Shown one piece after another: positions 55,206-64,000 of a stretch of DNA of 64,000 bases. Under the pieces are notes generated by a model. It worked only from the letters and a program-made list of their open reading frames with translations. It did no database searches and was not told where the DNA came from. The stretch comes from Candidatus Kaiserbacteria bacterium (lineage in GTDB: Bacteria > Patescibacteriota > Minisyncoccia > Phycocordibacterales > UBA2100): positions 11,928 through 75,927 of the forward strand of contig JACPLC010000007.1 of NCBI GenBank assembly GCA_016186695.1, read 5' to 3'. The stretch's first letter is position 1, and each line of letters opens with the position of its first letter. The position numbers and the translations under genes are program-made.

Positions 55206-55885
55206 CTATTTGGTTTCCTTTTTTTGCTCCTCTTTCTTTACTTCGGGTTTCTTCGCTTCCTCAACATCTTCGACCGCACCCTCGGCAACTTTCTCTTCAC
55301 CAATGATCACGGTTTCAGGTGTAGGCGCGACTTCGACAGGCTCCTCCTTGAACTCCTTCACGGAAGCAACGATCTCATCCGCAGATACAACGAGTGCAGC
55401 GCTCGGCGGCAAATCGATATCCCGCACAACGATATGGTCTCCTACATTCTCAAGTTTTGAAAGATCGACGGAGAGAGAGTGCGGAAGCTCTTGCGGCGTG
55501 ACCTCAATTTCGACTTCGTGCAGTGCCTTTACGATGATGTGGCCGAGTTTTTCCGCCGGCGCTGTCCCCGTAAATTCGAGCGGAACTTTGATCTTCACTT
55601 TCTTCCCCTTTTCAAGTACATAAAAATCAACGTGCAGAAGTTTGCCTGTCACAGGATGGAACTGTGCATCGTGAATGAGCGTATCTTTGTCTTCGCCCAC
55701 GCCCTTCAGCGTAACGATCATTGTCTCGCCCGCTTCTTTCCAAACATGCTCAAGTTTCCTCGCATCGATCGCGATCGGGGTCGTCTGCTCTTTCGGTCCG
55801 TAGAACACGGCAGGTACAGCACCGGCGTTCCGCACCGTGTCTGCGGACTCTTTTGCGTCGCGTGGCTTCACTTCAAGCGCTAACA
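55206..55885 (-). CDS. rplY: 50S ribosomal protein L25 / general stress protein Ctc with acidic-basic C-terminal tail
   Basis: L25 beta-barrel domain (MLALEVKPRD...VPAVFYG...VHVDFYVL); start taken at MLALEV. Confidence 0.8.
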
Positions 55886-55958
55886 TGACTAGGCAGTATA
55901 CGCATTTTACCCTGCCTCGCAACAAAAAGCGGCCCCTAACAAATCGTCGAGGCCGCTT

Positions 55959-56300
55959 CTAAAACCATCCCCGTGACGCCGCCATAAGCGCCGCTGAATA
56001 GAAGGCGGCAAGAAGTCCGTTGAACCAGATACAGTCAACGGAAAAGAAACCGTCTTCTTTTCGCCCGTCGAATCTGGTCGCGATTGCCGCGAGAATTGCC
56101 GTACCGCTATGCAATAGCCAGCCGACAGCGAAGCCAAAGTAGGGCCCGTTGGGGTACTCGGGACGTGTGTCGGTCCAATACCATAGTGTAGCTCCTGCGA
56201 GAACCGAAACACTGATCCTGAACCAATCCGCGTGTTCACGGGACCTGAAGCGAATCCCGCGCCTTTTGCTATATGGGCTCATCGGGATTTCCTCCTGCAA
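55959..56300 (-). CDS. Hypothetical membrane protein
   Basis: ORF with 3 hydrophobic helices. Confidence 0.3.
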   Translation of the reverse strand: MQEEIPMSPYSKRRGIRFRSREHADWFRISVSVLAGATLWYWTDTRPEYPNGPYFGFAVGWLLHSGTAILAAIATRFDGRKEDGFFSVDCIWFNGLLAAFYSAALMAASRGWF

Positions 56301-56332
56301 ACTTCAGTTGTTATAGCTGGTATACTTCCGGC

Positions 56333-57322
56333 ATGCAACAGGATGTACTTGCGATCGGCGACACTACGATCGACGCCTTTATCCGCATCAAGGACGCGAG
56401 TGTGCACTGCGATATCAATCACGAGAATTGCATGTTGAGCATGCGTTTTGCCGACAAAATTCCGTACGAATTCGTAGAGGAAGTGCCAGCTGTCGGCAAT
56501 GCTGCAAACGCGGCTGTCGCATGCGCGCGGGTAGGACTAAAAGCTTCCGTTCGCGTACATGTCGGGAAAGATGAGAATGGCACAAAGTGCATTGACGCTT
56601 TCAAAAGTGAGAGAGTGGATACCTCGCTCATTGTGAGCGAACAAAACAACAAGACCAACTACCACTACGTACTCTGGTATGAGGATGAGCGTACGATTCT
56701 CATCAAGCATGAACATTACAACTATTCATTTCCCAGACTTGAGGAGGCTCCGAAGTGGATCTATCTCTCCTCTGTCGCCGAAGGAACACTCCCGTATCAT
56801 CAGGAGATCGCCGCATACCTTAATGCGAATCCGAGTGTTATGCTCGCCTTCCAACCGGGGACATTCCAGATGAAGCTCGGCGTGGAGGCCCTCAAGGCCC
56901 TCTATACACGCACTGAAATTCTTTTCTGCAACAAAGAAGAATCGCAGCGTATTTTGCAAACCAAAGAGGAAGATATAAAAACGCTCATGCAAAGCATCCG
57001 CGCCCTCGGTCCGAAGATCTCGGTGATCACCGACGGACGAAAAGGCGCCTACCTACAAAGCGCCGAAGGCTCATGGTACGCGCCGATGTATCCGGATCCG
57101 GCGCCTCCCAAAGAGCGCACCGGCGCGGGCGATGCGACATCATCGACGACGGTCGCCTATGTCATCAAAGGTCTTCCGCCGCAGGAAGCGCTCCTTCGAG
57201 GCCTCATCAATTCTGCCAACGTCGTGCAGGAGATCGGCGCACAGAAAGGCCTCCTCACCGCCGCGCAAATAGATGAGTGGTACGCAAAGCGCCCTGCCGA
57301 TTTCAAAGCAACTCCGATTTGA
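56333..57322 (+). CDS. PfkB-family carbohydrate/nucleoside kinase (ribokinase-like)
   Basis: Gly-rich N-motif (AVGNAANAAVA) and GAGD motif (GAGDATSST); start taken at MQQDVLAIGD. Confidence 0.75.
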   Translation: MQQDVLAIGDTTIDAFIRIKDASVHCDINHENCMLSMRFADKIPYEFVEEVPAVGNAANAAVACARVGLKASVRVHVGKDENGTKCIDAFKSERVDTSLIVSEQNNKTNYHYVLWYEDERTILIKHEHYNYSFPRLEEAPKWIYLSSVAEGTLPYHQEIAAYLNANPSVMLAFQPGTFQMKLGVEALKALYTRTEILFCNKEESQRILQTKEEDIKTLMQSIRALGPKISVITDGRKGAYLQSAEGSWYAPMYPDPAPPKERTGAGDATSSTTVAYVIKGLPPQEALLRGLINSANVVQEIGAQKGLLTAAQIDEWYAKRPADFKATPI

Positions 57323-57369
57323 CGCCTTGGATCTTGTCATGCCATTTGTGCCATGGCACTGATAATATG

Positions 57370-57969
57370 TCAGAGTTTGAAATGCTTTCGGAGCTCCCTA
57401 TCGTACTCTATTGACTCCGCCACAACGAGTTGAAGCTCATCTGGAGATAGGTTAAAAAATTCTCTCAAAATAGCGATCTGCTCGGTGCAGTCAAACGGAT
57501 GAATCCATACACTCTTTTGGAGCATTGCCGCTCCTATCTTCTTGATAAACGTTCGGAACGCATTCCGTTTGTGTTTCTCGCCAGCGGCTATGTCAAAGAG
57601 AATCAGTCGCCATTTGTGATCCCACGCCTTTGGCCTCTCCACCGGCACAGCGAGTAAACGGCGCGCACGCGCGTCTAACGCCTTCTTGCGTCCGAGAGAA
57701 GTGAGGTCAACGCGCATACGATTTTTTGCAATTGGACGCACCGTGATGTACTTCCTTCCCTTCACATATGAGCTGTATTGACTAAGTTTTCTCTTACGAG
57801 CTTTGTCTTCTGCCTTGAGCACAAATCCGAGTCCCGCAAGAGCCGCAAGAAGCACTGGGGAAGTCGAGAGAGCGACTGTTATACCGCCCGCTACAAGTAG
57901 GGCCTCAAGAATCCCCCGTGGCGTATCATCGAAGAGACTTCCATGGTTATGTCTGATTTCAGAGGCCAT
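57370..57969 (-). CDS. Membrane-anchored protein with C-terminal Cas2/VapD-like domain (paralog 2)
   Basis: TM ILEALLVAGGITVALSTSPVLLAALAGLGFVL; WRLILFDIAAGEKHKRNAFRTFIKKIGAAMLQKSVWIHPFDC...RKHFKL, parallel to paralog 1 (...QRSVWIHPFPC...RKYFKL). Confidence 0.45.
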   Translation of the reverse strand: MASEIRHNHGSLFDDTPRGILEALLVAGGITVALSTSPVLLAALAGLGFVLKAEDKARKRKLSQYSSYVKGRKYITVRPIAKNRMRVDLTSLGRKKALDARARRLLAVPVERPKAWDHKWRLILFDIAAGEKHKRNAFRTFIKKIGAAMLQKSVWIHPFDCTEQIAILREFFNLSPDELQLVVAESIEYDRELRKHFKL

Positions 57970-58111
57970 GGCATTAATGATACGACATAAGAGTGATTCC
58001 CAAATTTACACGCGGGGATAACCGCCGAAATGCACGATCACCTAAAAGAAAACCGCCCGGCGCGAAGCACGGGCGATTCAAGTCGAAAGATCGAACGGGT
58101 CCGAAGGATTT

Positions 58112-58702
58112 CTATTTGCACACGGCCGTCGAGCCGCGTGGCCCATAGAATTTGGCTCCTTGGCCATCCTCATAGACGCGTGTCATCTCGGCCTCCATTT
58201 TTTTCTCATCCTGATACGTCCCCCACTTCGGAGGACGAATGTATCTCTGGATGACGGCGAGACACGGGTACTTGTTGTAATCCTGCCGACGCTCCTTGAG
58301 GATGCGCGCGACCTCGAGTTTGGCGCGTGCCGCGTTGCCGGGGTCACCGTACATCGGCAACCCTTCAAGCCATGCGGCAGCTTCGGGGTAGCGGGGCGCT
58401 TTTTTGCCTTCTTCCGATGGCGCCGCGAGTGTGGTTTTTTGCTTGAAGATCTCGCATACGGTGAGCCCGGTCTGCTCCGACAGGTTCAGGACCGCGTGGG
58501 CCATGAACGTGTGTTGGAGAGCGGTCTTCCCGTCGTCATAGGCGAGAACCTCAAGACAATAGCGCTCGCTCTCGGCGAGCGCGATTTCCGGTGACTGTTC
58601 CGCAACCTTCGGCTTCGGCAGAAGGTAACGATACTCCCACCACAGCAAGAGAAGCAGGACGATTGCGACAGACGCGAGAACGGTAGAGATGATGCGCGAC
58701 AT
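58112..58702 (-). CDS. Hypothetical protein with N-terminal TM anchor
   Basis: ORF only. Confidence 0.35.
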   Translation of the reverse strand: MSRIISTVLASVAIVLLLLLWWEYRYLLPKPKVAEQSPEIALAESERYCLEVLAYDDGKTALQHTFMAHAVLNLSEQTGLTVCEIFKQKTTLAAPSEEGKKAPRYPEAAAWLEGLPMYGDPGNAARAKLEVARILKERRQDYNKYPCLAVIQRYIRPPKWGTYQDEKKMEAEMTRVYEDGQGAKFYGPRGSTAVCK

Positions 58703-58847
58703 GGGAACCTCCTTTCGCGCGTGAATTGTGAACTTTTACTCGGCTAGCATTATACAATAGGAATGCCTGTTGTCTAGCTCGCTATTTTGCTTTATTTGAG
58801 CGCTCTTTTGCCTTCTTCACCCTTCGACTCACTGCGCTCGCTCAGGG

Positions 58848-59891
58848 TCACGCACGGCGTGCCGCCGCAGCTTTGACAGCCGTGACGACATCTTTCGCCC
58901 CCATGCCGTAGTGCTCTATAAGCTCTTGCGCTGTCCCCGATTGACCGAATTTGTCGTGCATACCGACAAATTCCATAGGCGTTGGTGCTTCGCGTGCGAG
59001 CAATTCTGCTATCGCGCCTCCCAATCCCCCGTGGATTTGATGCTCCTCAACGGTGACGACCGCGCCTGTCTCGCGTGCGAGCGAGACGATTTTCTCTTCA
59101 TCGAGCGGTTTTATAGTGTGGACATTTGCGACGACGACCGGAATATTTTCTTTCTCGAGCTCGCGCGCGGCAAGAAGCGCGTTGTATACGAGCGAACCGG
59201 TCGCAAATATCGCTACTCTGTTCTCTGTTCTCTGTTCTCTGTTCTCTGGTGTTCGCCAGAACACCTGTGCCTTCCCTATTTCAAATGGCGTTTCCGGTGT
59301 CGTCATGATAGGAGCTTTTTCTCTCCCCCAGCGCATGTACACGGGCGTGCCGAGCTTTGCAGCAGCGATCGTCGCTTTTCTTCACTCTTCGGCATCACAT
59401 GCCGATATCACCGTGAAGCGCGGAAGTGCGCGCATCATCGCAATGTCTTCGAGGGCCTGATGCGTCGCGCCATCGGGTCCTACCGAAACACCCGCGTGCA
59501 TACCGCACACGATGACAGGCACATTGTTCAGTGCAATCGTCGTTCGTATTTGCTCCCAATTCCTACCCGGATTGAATGCAGCATACGAGGTGGCGAAAGG
59601 GATCTTGCCGTAGTTGGCCATTCCTGCGGCAACCGTCACCATGTTTTGCTCGGCGACACCCACCTGCACGAAGCGCTCGGGAAATGCTTTTTGGAAATGA
59701 TGCGCTTGAGTTGACTCTGCAAGGTCGGCCGTCAGTACAACGACACGCGGATCTGCCTTTCCTGCTTCCACGACACCCTTGCCAAAACCCTCACGCGTTG
59801 AAGCGACATTCGGTTTGTCGAAGATATTTGATGCCAAGTGAGCTTCCAGATTAAGCATAGCGTTGGATAGGAAGTAAGAAGCACGAAGCAC
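58848..59891 (-). pseudogene. tkt: Transketolase C-terminal subunit (pyrimidine-binding and C-terminal domains) as one continuous frame interrupted by an in-frame TGA at 59382-59384
   Basis: 59382-59891 encodes the Pyr domain (GVAEQNMVTVAAGMA...) and ends ...ISACDAEE-TGA; the same frame continues RKATIAAAKLGTPVYMRWG... into 58848-59342, which encodes the TK C-terminal domain. Confidence 0.6.
59216..59250. repeat. Heptanucleotide tandem repeat (CTCTGTT)x4 plus CTCTGGT inside the transketolase coding region
   Basis: Encodes an extra ENREQRTENR insertion relative to the usual ...GQPELIFIATGS... region. Confidence 0.8.
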
Positions 59892-59921
59892 GAAGTATGG
59901 TTAAATCATAATTCATACTTC

Positions 59922-60833
59922 CTACTTCATACTTCGAGTCTCTTCGAGTTCCTTAAGAAACATTTCTTTTTGTTTGTCCGCCGGAATCTTGTCGGTCGGG
60001 CCCTTGCCGGGCGGGTTGCCGTGCCAGCGGTAATCGTTTTCGATCGAGGGCACGCCCTTGCCCGGCGTCGTATGCGCGAGGATCAAGGTCGGTTTTTCTT
60101 TGATGGACTTCGCTTCATCGCACGCAGCAACGAACTGCCCGATGTTGTGGCCGTCGATCGGGATAACGTGCCAGCCGAACGCGCGGTACTTTTCATCAAG
60201 AGGCTCAAGCGGCATCACATCTTCCGTATTGCCGTCTATCTGAATGTTGTTGCGATCCATCACCGCGGTGAGATTCGTGAGCCGGTACTTTCCTGCGAAC
60301 ATTGCCCCCTCCCATGTGTTTCCCTCCTCCTGCTCGCCATCCGACATCAGGCAGAAGATGCGAAATGCTTTCCCATCCCCGCCCGAACGACCGGAGTCGT
60401 CCGGTCGGGCAGGCATGCGCGCGGCAAGCGCGTAACCCGAAGCCTGTGAAAGGCCGCTGCCGAGAGGACCCGATGTTGTCTCAACGCCGGGGAGCATGTC
60501 GCGCTCGGGATGTCCCTGCAGACGCGAGCCGAATTTGCGCAAGGTCATGCACTCCTCTACGGGAAAATATCCTGCGTGGGCCATTGCGGCATAGCGCACC
60601 GGACAAATGTGACCATTGGAGAGAAAAAGCCGATCGCGTTCCTCCCAATCAGGATTTTTCGGATCGTGCTTCAGGATATGAAAATAGAGCGCGGTAAAAA
60701 TATCAGCCATGCCCAAGGGGCCGGCCGTGTGCCCCGATTTAGCTTCCGTAAGCATTTCAATGACCGTTCGACGAATGAGGTATGCTTTCTCTTCGATTTT
60801 CTCTATTTCTTCATCGGTTATGGACATACTCAA
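59922..60833 (-). CDS. tkt: Transketolase N-terminal (TPP-binding) subunit
   Basis: GHTAGPLGMADIFTALY, GHICPVRYA and GPLGSGLSQA motifs. Confidence 0.85.
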   Translation of the reverse strand: MSMSITDEEIEKIEEKAYLIRRTVIEMLTEAKSGHTAGPLGMADIFTALYFHILKHDPKNPDWEERDRLFLSNGHICPVRYAAMAHAGYFPVEECMTLRKFGSRLQGHPERDMLPGVETTSGPLGSGLSQASGYALAARMPARPDDSGRSGGDGKAFRIFCLMSDGEQEEGNTWEGAMFAGKYRLTNLTAVMDRNNIQIDGNTEDVMPLEPLDEKYRAFGWHVIPIDGHNIGQFVAACDEAKSIKEKPTLILAHTTPGKGVPSIENDYRWHGNPPGKGPTDKIPADKQKEMFLKELEETRSMK

Positions 60834-61264
60834 GCAGCAATATTGATGAGGTTAAGACCTGTCTCGTCGTCAGAAAGACGAATCAAAGGTTGCGTCACTT
60901 CCCAGAGGCAGACCTCGAGCGTGAGAGCGACGGTAGCCGCACGGAGGTGCCCGCCAATGCACTCAAGAGATTCGTCACATCGCGAAAGGACCGCGTGGGC
61001 ATGCACGACGGGCTCTTCGCCTTCCATCTCGGAGATATTGCCATCCATGCTCGCCACTTCGAACGGACCTTCTTCGGAGCGAAACACGTATTCGCGGCTC
61101 GGCAGATCGTAGTAGCCGATCTCAACACTCTCAACGGCACCGATCGCCTGAAATTGTCCCCAGTGCACACCGTTTTGCTCGCAGAATCGCGACAACGTCG
61201 GGATGAAATCCTCGCCGCGTGCGAACACAAGAAAAAAACCGTTGTGTATTTGCACCGCCTGCAT
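60830..61264 (-). CDS. PPC/DUF296-domain (AT-hook-like) DNA-binding protein
   Basis: Pattern ...VFARGEDFIPTLSRFCEQNGV...AIGAV...IGYYD..SREY....GPFEVASMDGNI matches the PPC domain. Confidence 0.55.
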   Translation of the reverse strand: MQAVQIHNGFFLVFARGEDFIPTLSRFCEQNGVHWGQFQAIGAVESVEIGYYDLPSREYVFRSEEGPFEVASMDGNISEMEGEEPVVHAHAVLSRCDESLECIGGHLRAATVALTLEVCLWEVTQPLIRLSDDETGLNLINIAA

Positions 61265-61287
61265 CTGGACAGTATACCGTATGTGGT

Positions 61288-61396
61288 GGGCGCGAAGGTT
61301 GTGCTGTTGAGGAATCTTCGCAGCGCGAGGAGCGCGAGGATTGAGGTTTTTTCAGCAGAAAAAACCGGGTTCCGAGGCAGTACAACCTTCGCGCCC
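61288..61396. repeat. Inverted repeat GGGCGCGAAGGTTGT ... ACAACCTTCGCGCCC (15-bp perfect stem, ~79-nt loop containing the GGTTTTTT-cagcag-AAAAAACC hairpin)
   Basis: Right arm abuts the aroB stop (61397-61399); left arm 23 nt from the DUF296 start. Confidence 0.85.
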
Positions 61397-62509
61397 TCAC
61401 TTCACCAACAGCTTGTACGCCCTACGGACAATCCGCTCCGGCACAGGGTGCGCATATTGGCCTCCTTTTGTATAGACAGAACCGAGGCGGCGGAGCAGTA
61501 CGTAGTGCGCAACACCGCTGCGCACTTTCTTGTCACCCTTGACTGCCCTGAGGATCCGCGCCACTGGATATTTTTTGAGGCCGGAAGCCGTGATGCCAAA
61601 GCGCCGAAGGTACGCCGCGACCGTCGCAGACTCACGGGGAGAAAGAATTCCCAAGAGCTCGGAAATTTTTGACTCGACGAGTATACCGTATGCAACCGCG
61701 AATCCGTGCGGAAGCGTGTAGCCAGAGAGAAATTCGACCGCGTGGCCTATCGTGTGACCAAAATTGAGGATCTTGCGCTCGTTTTTTTCCTCCTCGTCTT
61801 TCATGACGACCCGCGCCTTTATGCGCACGGAGCGGTAGACTATTTCCTGCAATACGCGGGGATTTCCCAGCGGATGTGCGGGGTCGAGCTTCTCGACGAG
61901 TGAAAGCGAGCGCTCCTCACTCGTCATGAATTTCTTTACCGCCTCGATGAGACCGTTCACTACCTGCTGTTTAGATAAACTTGAGATGAACGCGAGGTCT
62001 GCAACAACGGCGCGCGGCTGATAGAAAGCGCCAATCATATTTTTACCGTATTTCGTGTCGATGCCGACTTTCCCTCCGACCGAACTGTCCACCATCGCAA
62101 GAAGTGTTGTCGGGACCTGAATGTACGGAACCCCGCGCAGGTACGTGGCTGCGACATATCCGGCGACATCTCCGACAACGCCTCCTCCGAGGGCAACCAC
62201 GAGCGTGTCGCGGTCGAATTTTTTCCTCAGAAGCTTCTCTTGCACGCGGGCAACCGTGTTCTGGTTCTTGCTTTTCTCTCCGGATTGAAAATGTATCACC
62301 TCGACTGACCAGCCTTCCTTTTTGAGAAACCTTCCCAATCGGTCTGCAAAAAGTCTTCGCGTCGTCGTATCGGCGATAATCGCAATACGCCGCTTTCCCT
62401 GCCGACGCAAGGCTTTCACCAGCTCCTTCTCAAGATGCATGCCGACGACAATCGGGTACGAGGAATTCTTGACCCGCACCGAAAGCCGCCTCGGAGAAAT
62501 CCTAGCCAT
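61397..62509 (-). CDS. aroB: 3-dehydroquinate synthase
   Basis: Gly-rich NAD motif LGGGVVGDVAGYVAATYLRGVPYIQVPTTLLAMVDSSVGGK. Confidence 0.85.
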   Translation of the reverse strand: MARISPRRLSVRVKNSSYPIVVGMHLEKELVKALRRQGKRRIAIIADTTTRRLFADRLGRFLKKEGWSVEVIHFQSGEKSKNQNTVARVQEKLLRKKFDRDTLVVALGGGVVGDVAGYVAATYLRGVPYIQVPTTLLAMVDSSVGGKVGIDTKYGKNMIGAFYQPRAVVADLAFISSLSKQQVVNGLIEAVKKFMTSEERSLSLVEKLDPAHPLGNPRVLQEIVYRSVRIKARVVMKDEEEKNERKILNFGHTIGHAVEFLSGYTLPHGFAVAYGILVESKISELLGILSPRESATVAAYLRRFGITASGLKKYPVARILRAVKGDKKVRSGVAHYVLLRRLGSVYTKGGQYAHPVPERIVRRAYKLLVK

Positions 62510-62648
62510 ACCCGGTTAGTAGAATGTGCCTTTGCGGCAGGCCTGCATGCATGGCTGCCGCGGCGTGAGCGACCAAGTCTCGCCTTGTGCACTTTGGATG
62601 CGTTCGTTGTTTGTTTTCATAGTTTTCGTAAGCCTAAGGCACATTTCA

Positions 62649-63698
62649 CTACCGGGCATAGCTCTTCGCCATCTCGCGGACTAATTTTTCTGTCGACTCC
62701 CAACCCATGCACGGATCCGTGACCGAAAGCCCATCACGATCTATTGTTTTCGGCGTACAGCCCTCCACTTTCTGACTCCCCTCCTTGAGAAAACTCTCCA
62801 CCATAAAACCTTTCACCAGTTTCCGGATATCAGGATTGACCTTCATCAAGGCGAGCACTTCTTTGACGACCATCGCCTGCTGGCTGGGGCTTTTTACTCC
62901 TTTCAATTTGCTGTTGTCGTGGCTCGCATCAATGATGACGGCAGGGTTCTGGATTCGGTGCTTCGCAAAAAGTTTTGCGGCCTCCTCAATATGCTCCACG
63001 CCATAGTTGGGCCCAAGGAGACCGCCGCGAAGCACGAGATGCGCGTAGGGATTTCCCTTCGTCTCCACCTGATACCCGTTCCACACCGCGTGATGCCGAT
63101 GCTGTGCCGCGACGATACCATTTACGGCAACTTCGACCGAGCCGGTCGTGCCGTTTTTCATGCCGACCGCGCAATACGAGCCGGAGGCGAAAATCCTGTG
63201 CTCCTGATCTTCCACACTTCTCGCGCCGATCGCCATCCACGAGAGAAGCTCGGCAAATCCTTTCGCGTTGTGTGTGAAGACCGCTTCATCGGCTATCGGC
63301 ATCCCAAGCTCAACAATGTTCACCATCATCTCGCGACAGTAGGCGGCGCCTTTCGAAATATCCGGACGTGCGAACGGATCCGGCTGGTTCACCGGCCCAA
63401 GCCAGCCCCTGATCGTGCGCGGCTTCTGGATGTAGACGCGCATCACAATCTTTATTTTTTTGCTCACGGAATCGGAAAGTTTTTTCAAACGCTTCGCATA
63501 TACAAGCGCCGCCTCCGAAGGCCACGCCGAACACGGGCCGACGATAAGGAGAAGTCGCTTGTCGCGACCGGCAATGATGTCATGCACCTCTTTGCGGTCT
63601 TTCGCAATGTGCGCTTCCGCCTTTTTCGAGAGTGGATGCGCCTCGATGATGCTCTCCATTGCGGGGAGCTTCTTCACGACGGTGAAGTTCAAATCCAT
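62649..63698 (-). CDS. 3-deoxy-7-phosphoheptulonate (DAHP) synthase, class I
   Basis: LLLIVGPCS...IVMRVYIQKPRTIRGWLGPVNQP matches the AroG/F/H family. Confidence 0.8.
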   Translation of the reverse strand: MDLNFTVVKKLPAMESIIEAHPLSKKAEAHIAKDRKEVHDIIAGRDKRLLLIVGPCSAWPSEAALVYAKRLKKLSDSVSKKIKIVMRVYIQKPRTIRGWLGPVNQPDPFARPDISKGAAYCREMMVNIVELGMPIADEAVFTHNAKGFAELLSWMAIGARSVEDQEHRIFASGSYCAVGMKNGTTGSVEVAVNGIVAAQHRHHAVWNGYQVETKGNPYAHLVLRGGLLGPNYGVEHIEEAAKLFAKHRIQNPAVIIDASHDNSKLKGVKSPSQQAMVVKEVLALMKVNPDIRKLVKGFMVESFLKEGSQKVEGCTPKTIDRDGLSVTDPCMGWESTEKLVREMAKSYAR

Positions 63699-63729
63699 GA
63701 GGGAACACTACGCAAAAAACCCCCGAAAA

Positions 63730-64000
63730 TCAAGAAAGTTTGGCGTCCCGCTCGTGCACCTTCGCTTCGAGAAGTTCTCGATATTGACCGTTTTCTATCC
63801 GCGTACCGAGCCAGAGACGCTCCTGCTCGATACCCTGCGCGAGAAATAAGGTGAGGCCCGATATCGTGCGAGCACCGCGTCGCGCCGCGGAAGCGAGAAG
63901 TTTTGTCTCGAGCGGCGAGTAGACGAGATCGAACACACTCGAGCCTTTACGAATAAGTTCTTCGGGAAAAGGCGTCGCATCGGTATTCGGCTTCATGCCA
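63730..64000 (-). CDS. aroE: Shikimate dehydrogenase, C-terminal part (gene continues beyond the window end)
   Basis: VFDLVYSPLETKLLASAARRGARTISGLTLFLAQGIEQERLWLG matches the AroE C-terminus. Confidence 0.6.
   Translation of the reverse strand, partial: GMKPNTDATPFPEELIRKGSSVFDLVYSPLETKLLASAARRGARTISGLTLFLAQGIEQERLWLGTRIENGQYRELLEAKVHERDAKLS

Noticed and set aside
59382-59384. Possibility that TGA is recoded as Gly or Trp (genetic code 25 or 4)
   Set aside because: valS terminates at TGA (1361-1363), and read-through there yields nonsense overlapping the next gene. The long housekeeping ORFs contain no internal TGA. The high GC content is also atypical of code-25 lineages.

Overview
The window is 64 kb of a high-GC (about 55-60% by eye) bacterial chromosome that is densely coding on both strands.

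Recognisable core genes:
- valS (3' part), a PrsW-like protease, an Hsp20 and a DsbA-like oxidoreductase
- the dnaG-rpoD pair, rpoB-rpoC and uppS
- trmD, a KH-domain protein and rpsP
- a short SMC-like ATPase
- an rnhB-rpmF-[nusB::nudix fusion]-rnc operon
- dnaE, and thrS preceded by a T-box leader
- gyrB, pheS-pheT and one tRNA-Thr(UGU)
- tsf-rpsB, prfA-rpmE and ctc (L25)
- a split transketolase (N and C subunits)
- a DUF296 protein, aroB, a DAHP synthase and the 3' part of aroE

I found no rRNA genes, no CRISPR array, and no recognisable transposase or integrase.

Several housekeeping proteins are domain-minimal, which is consistent with a reduced genome such as CPR/Patescibacteria but does not prove it:
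- ThrRS lacks the N-terminal editing and TGS domains.
- PheS is about 244 aa, PheT about 608 aa, DnaE 1051 aa and EF-Ts 193 aa.
- SMC is only 735 aa.

Accessory and unusual content:
- A PD-(D/E)xK nuclease gene is paired with a gene for a 2-TM protein.
- A 35-codon ORF has its own sigma70-like promoter and terminator.
- An ArsR-family regulator lies next to an AT-rich (about 42% GC) gene and is bracketed by 18-nt direct repeats.
- Two paralogous membrane-anchored proteins carry a C-terminal Cas2/VapD-like domain, with no cas1 and no array nearby.
- A sortase sits in a cluster with two secreted Gly/Tyr-rich repeat proteins.
- A candidate sortase substrate carries 11 nonapeptide repeats, a polyQ tract and an IPYTG-TM-basic signal.
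- Long perfect inverted repeats fill the gaps between co-directional genes at several places.
- A 38-nt element forms the entire 5' leader of both rpsB and rpmE, but in opposite orientations.
- Three coding-region heptanucleotide tandem tracts are present.
- An in-frame TGA splits the transketolase C-terminal subunit.

The ORF track uses alternative start codons. I re-estimated many starts by hand, so coordinates may be off by 1-3 nt.
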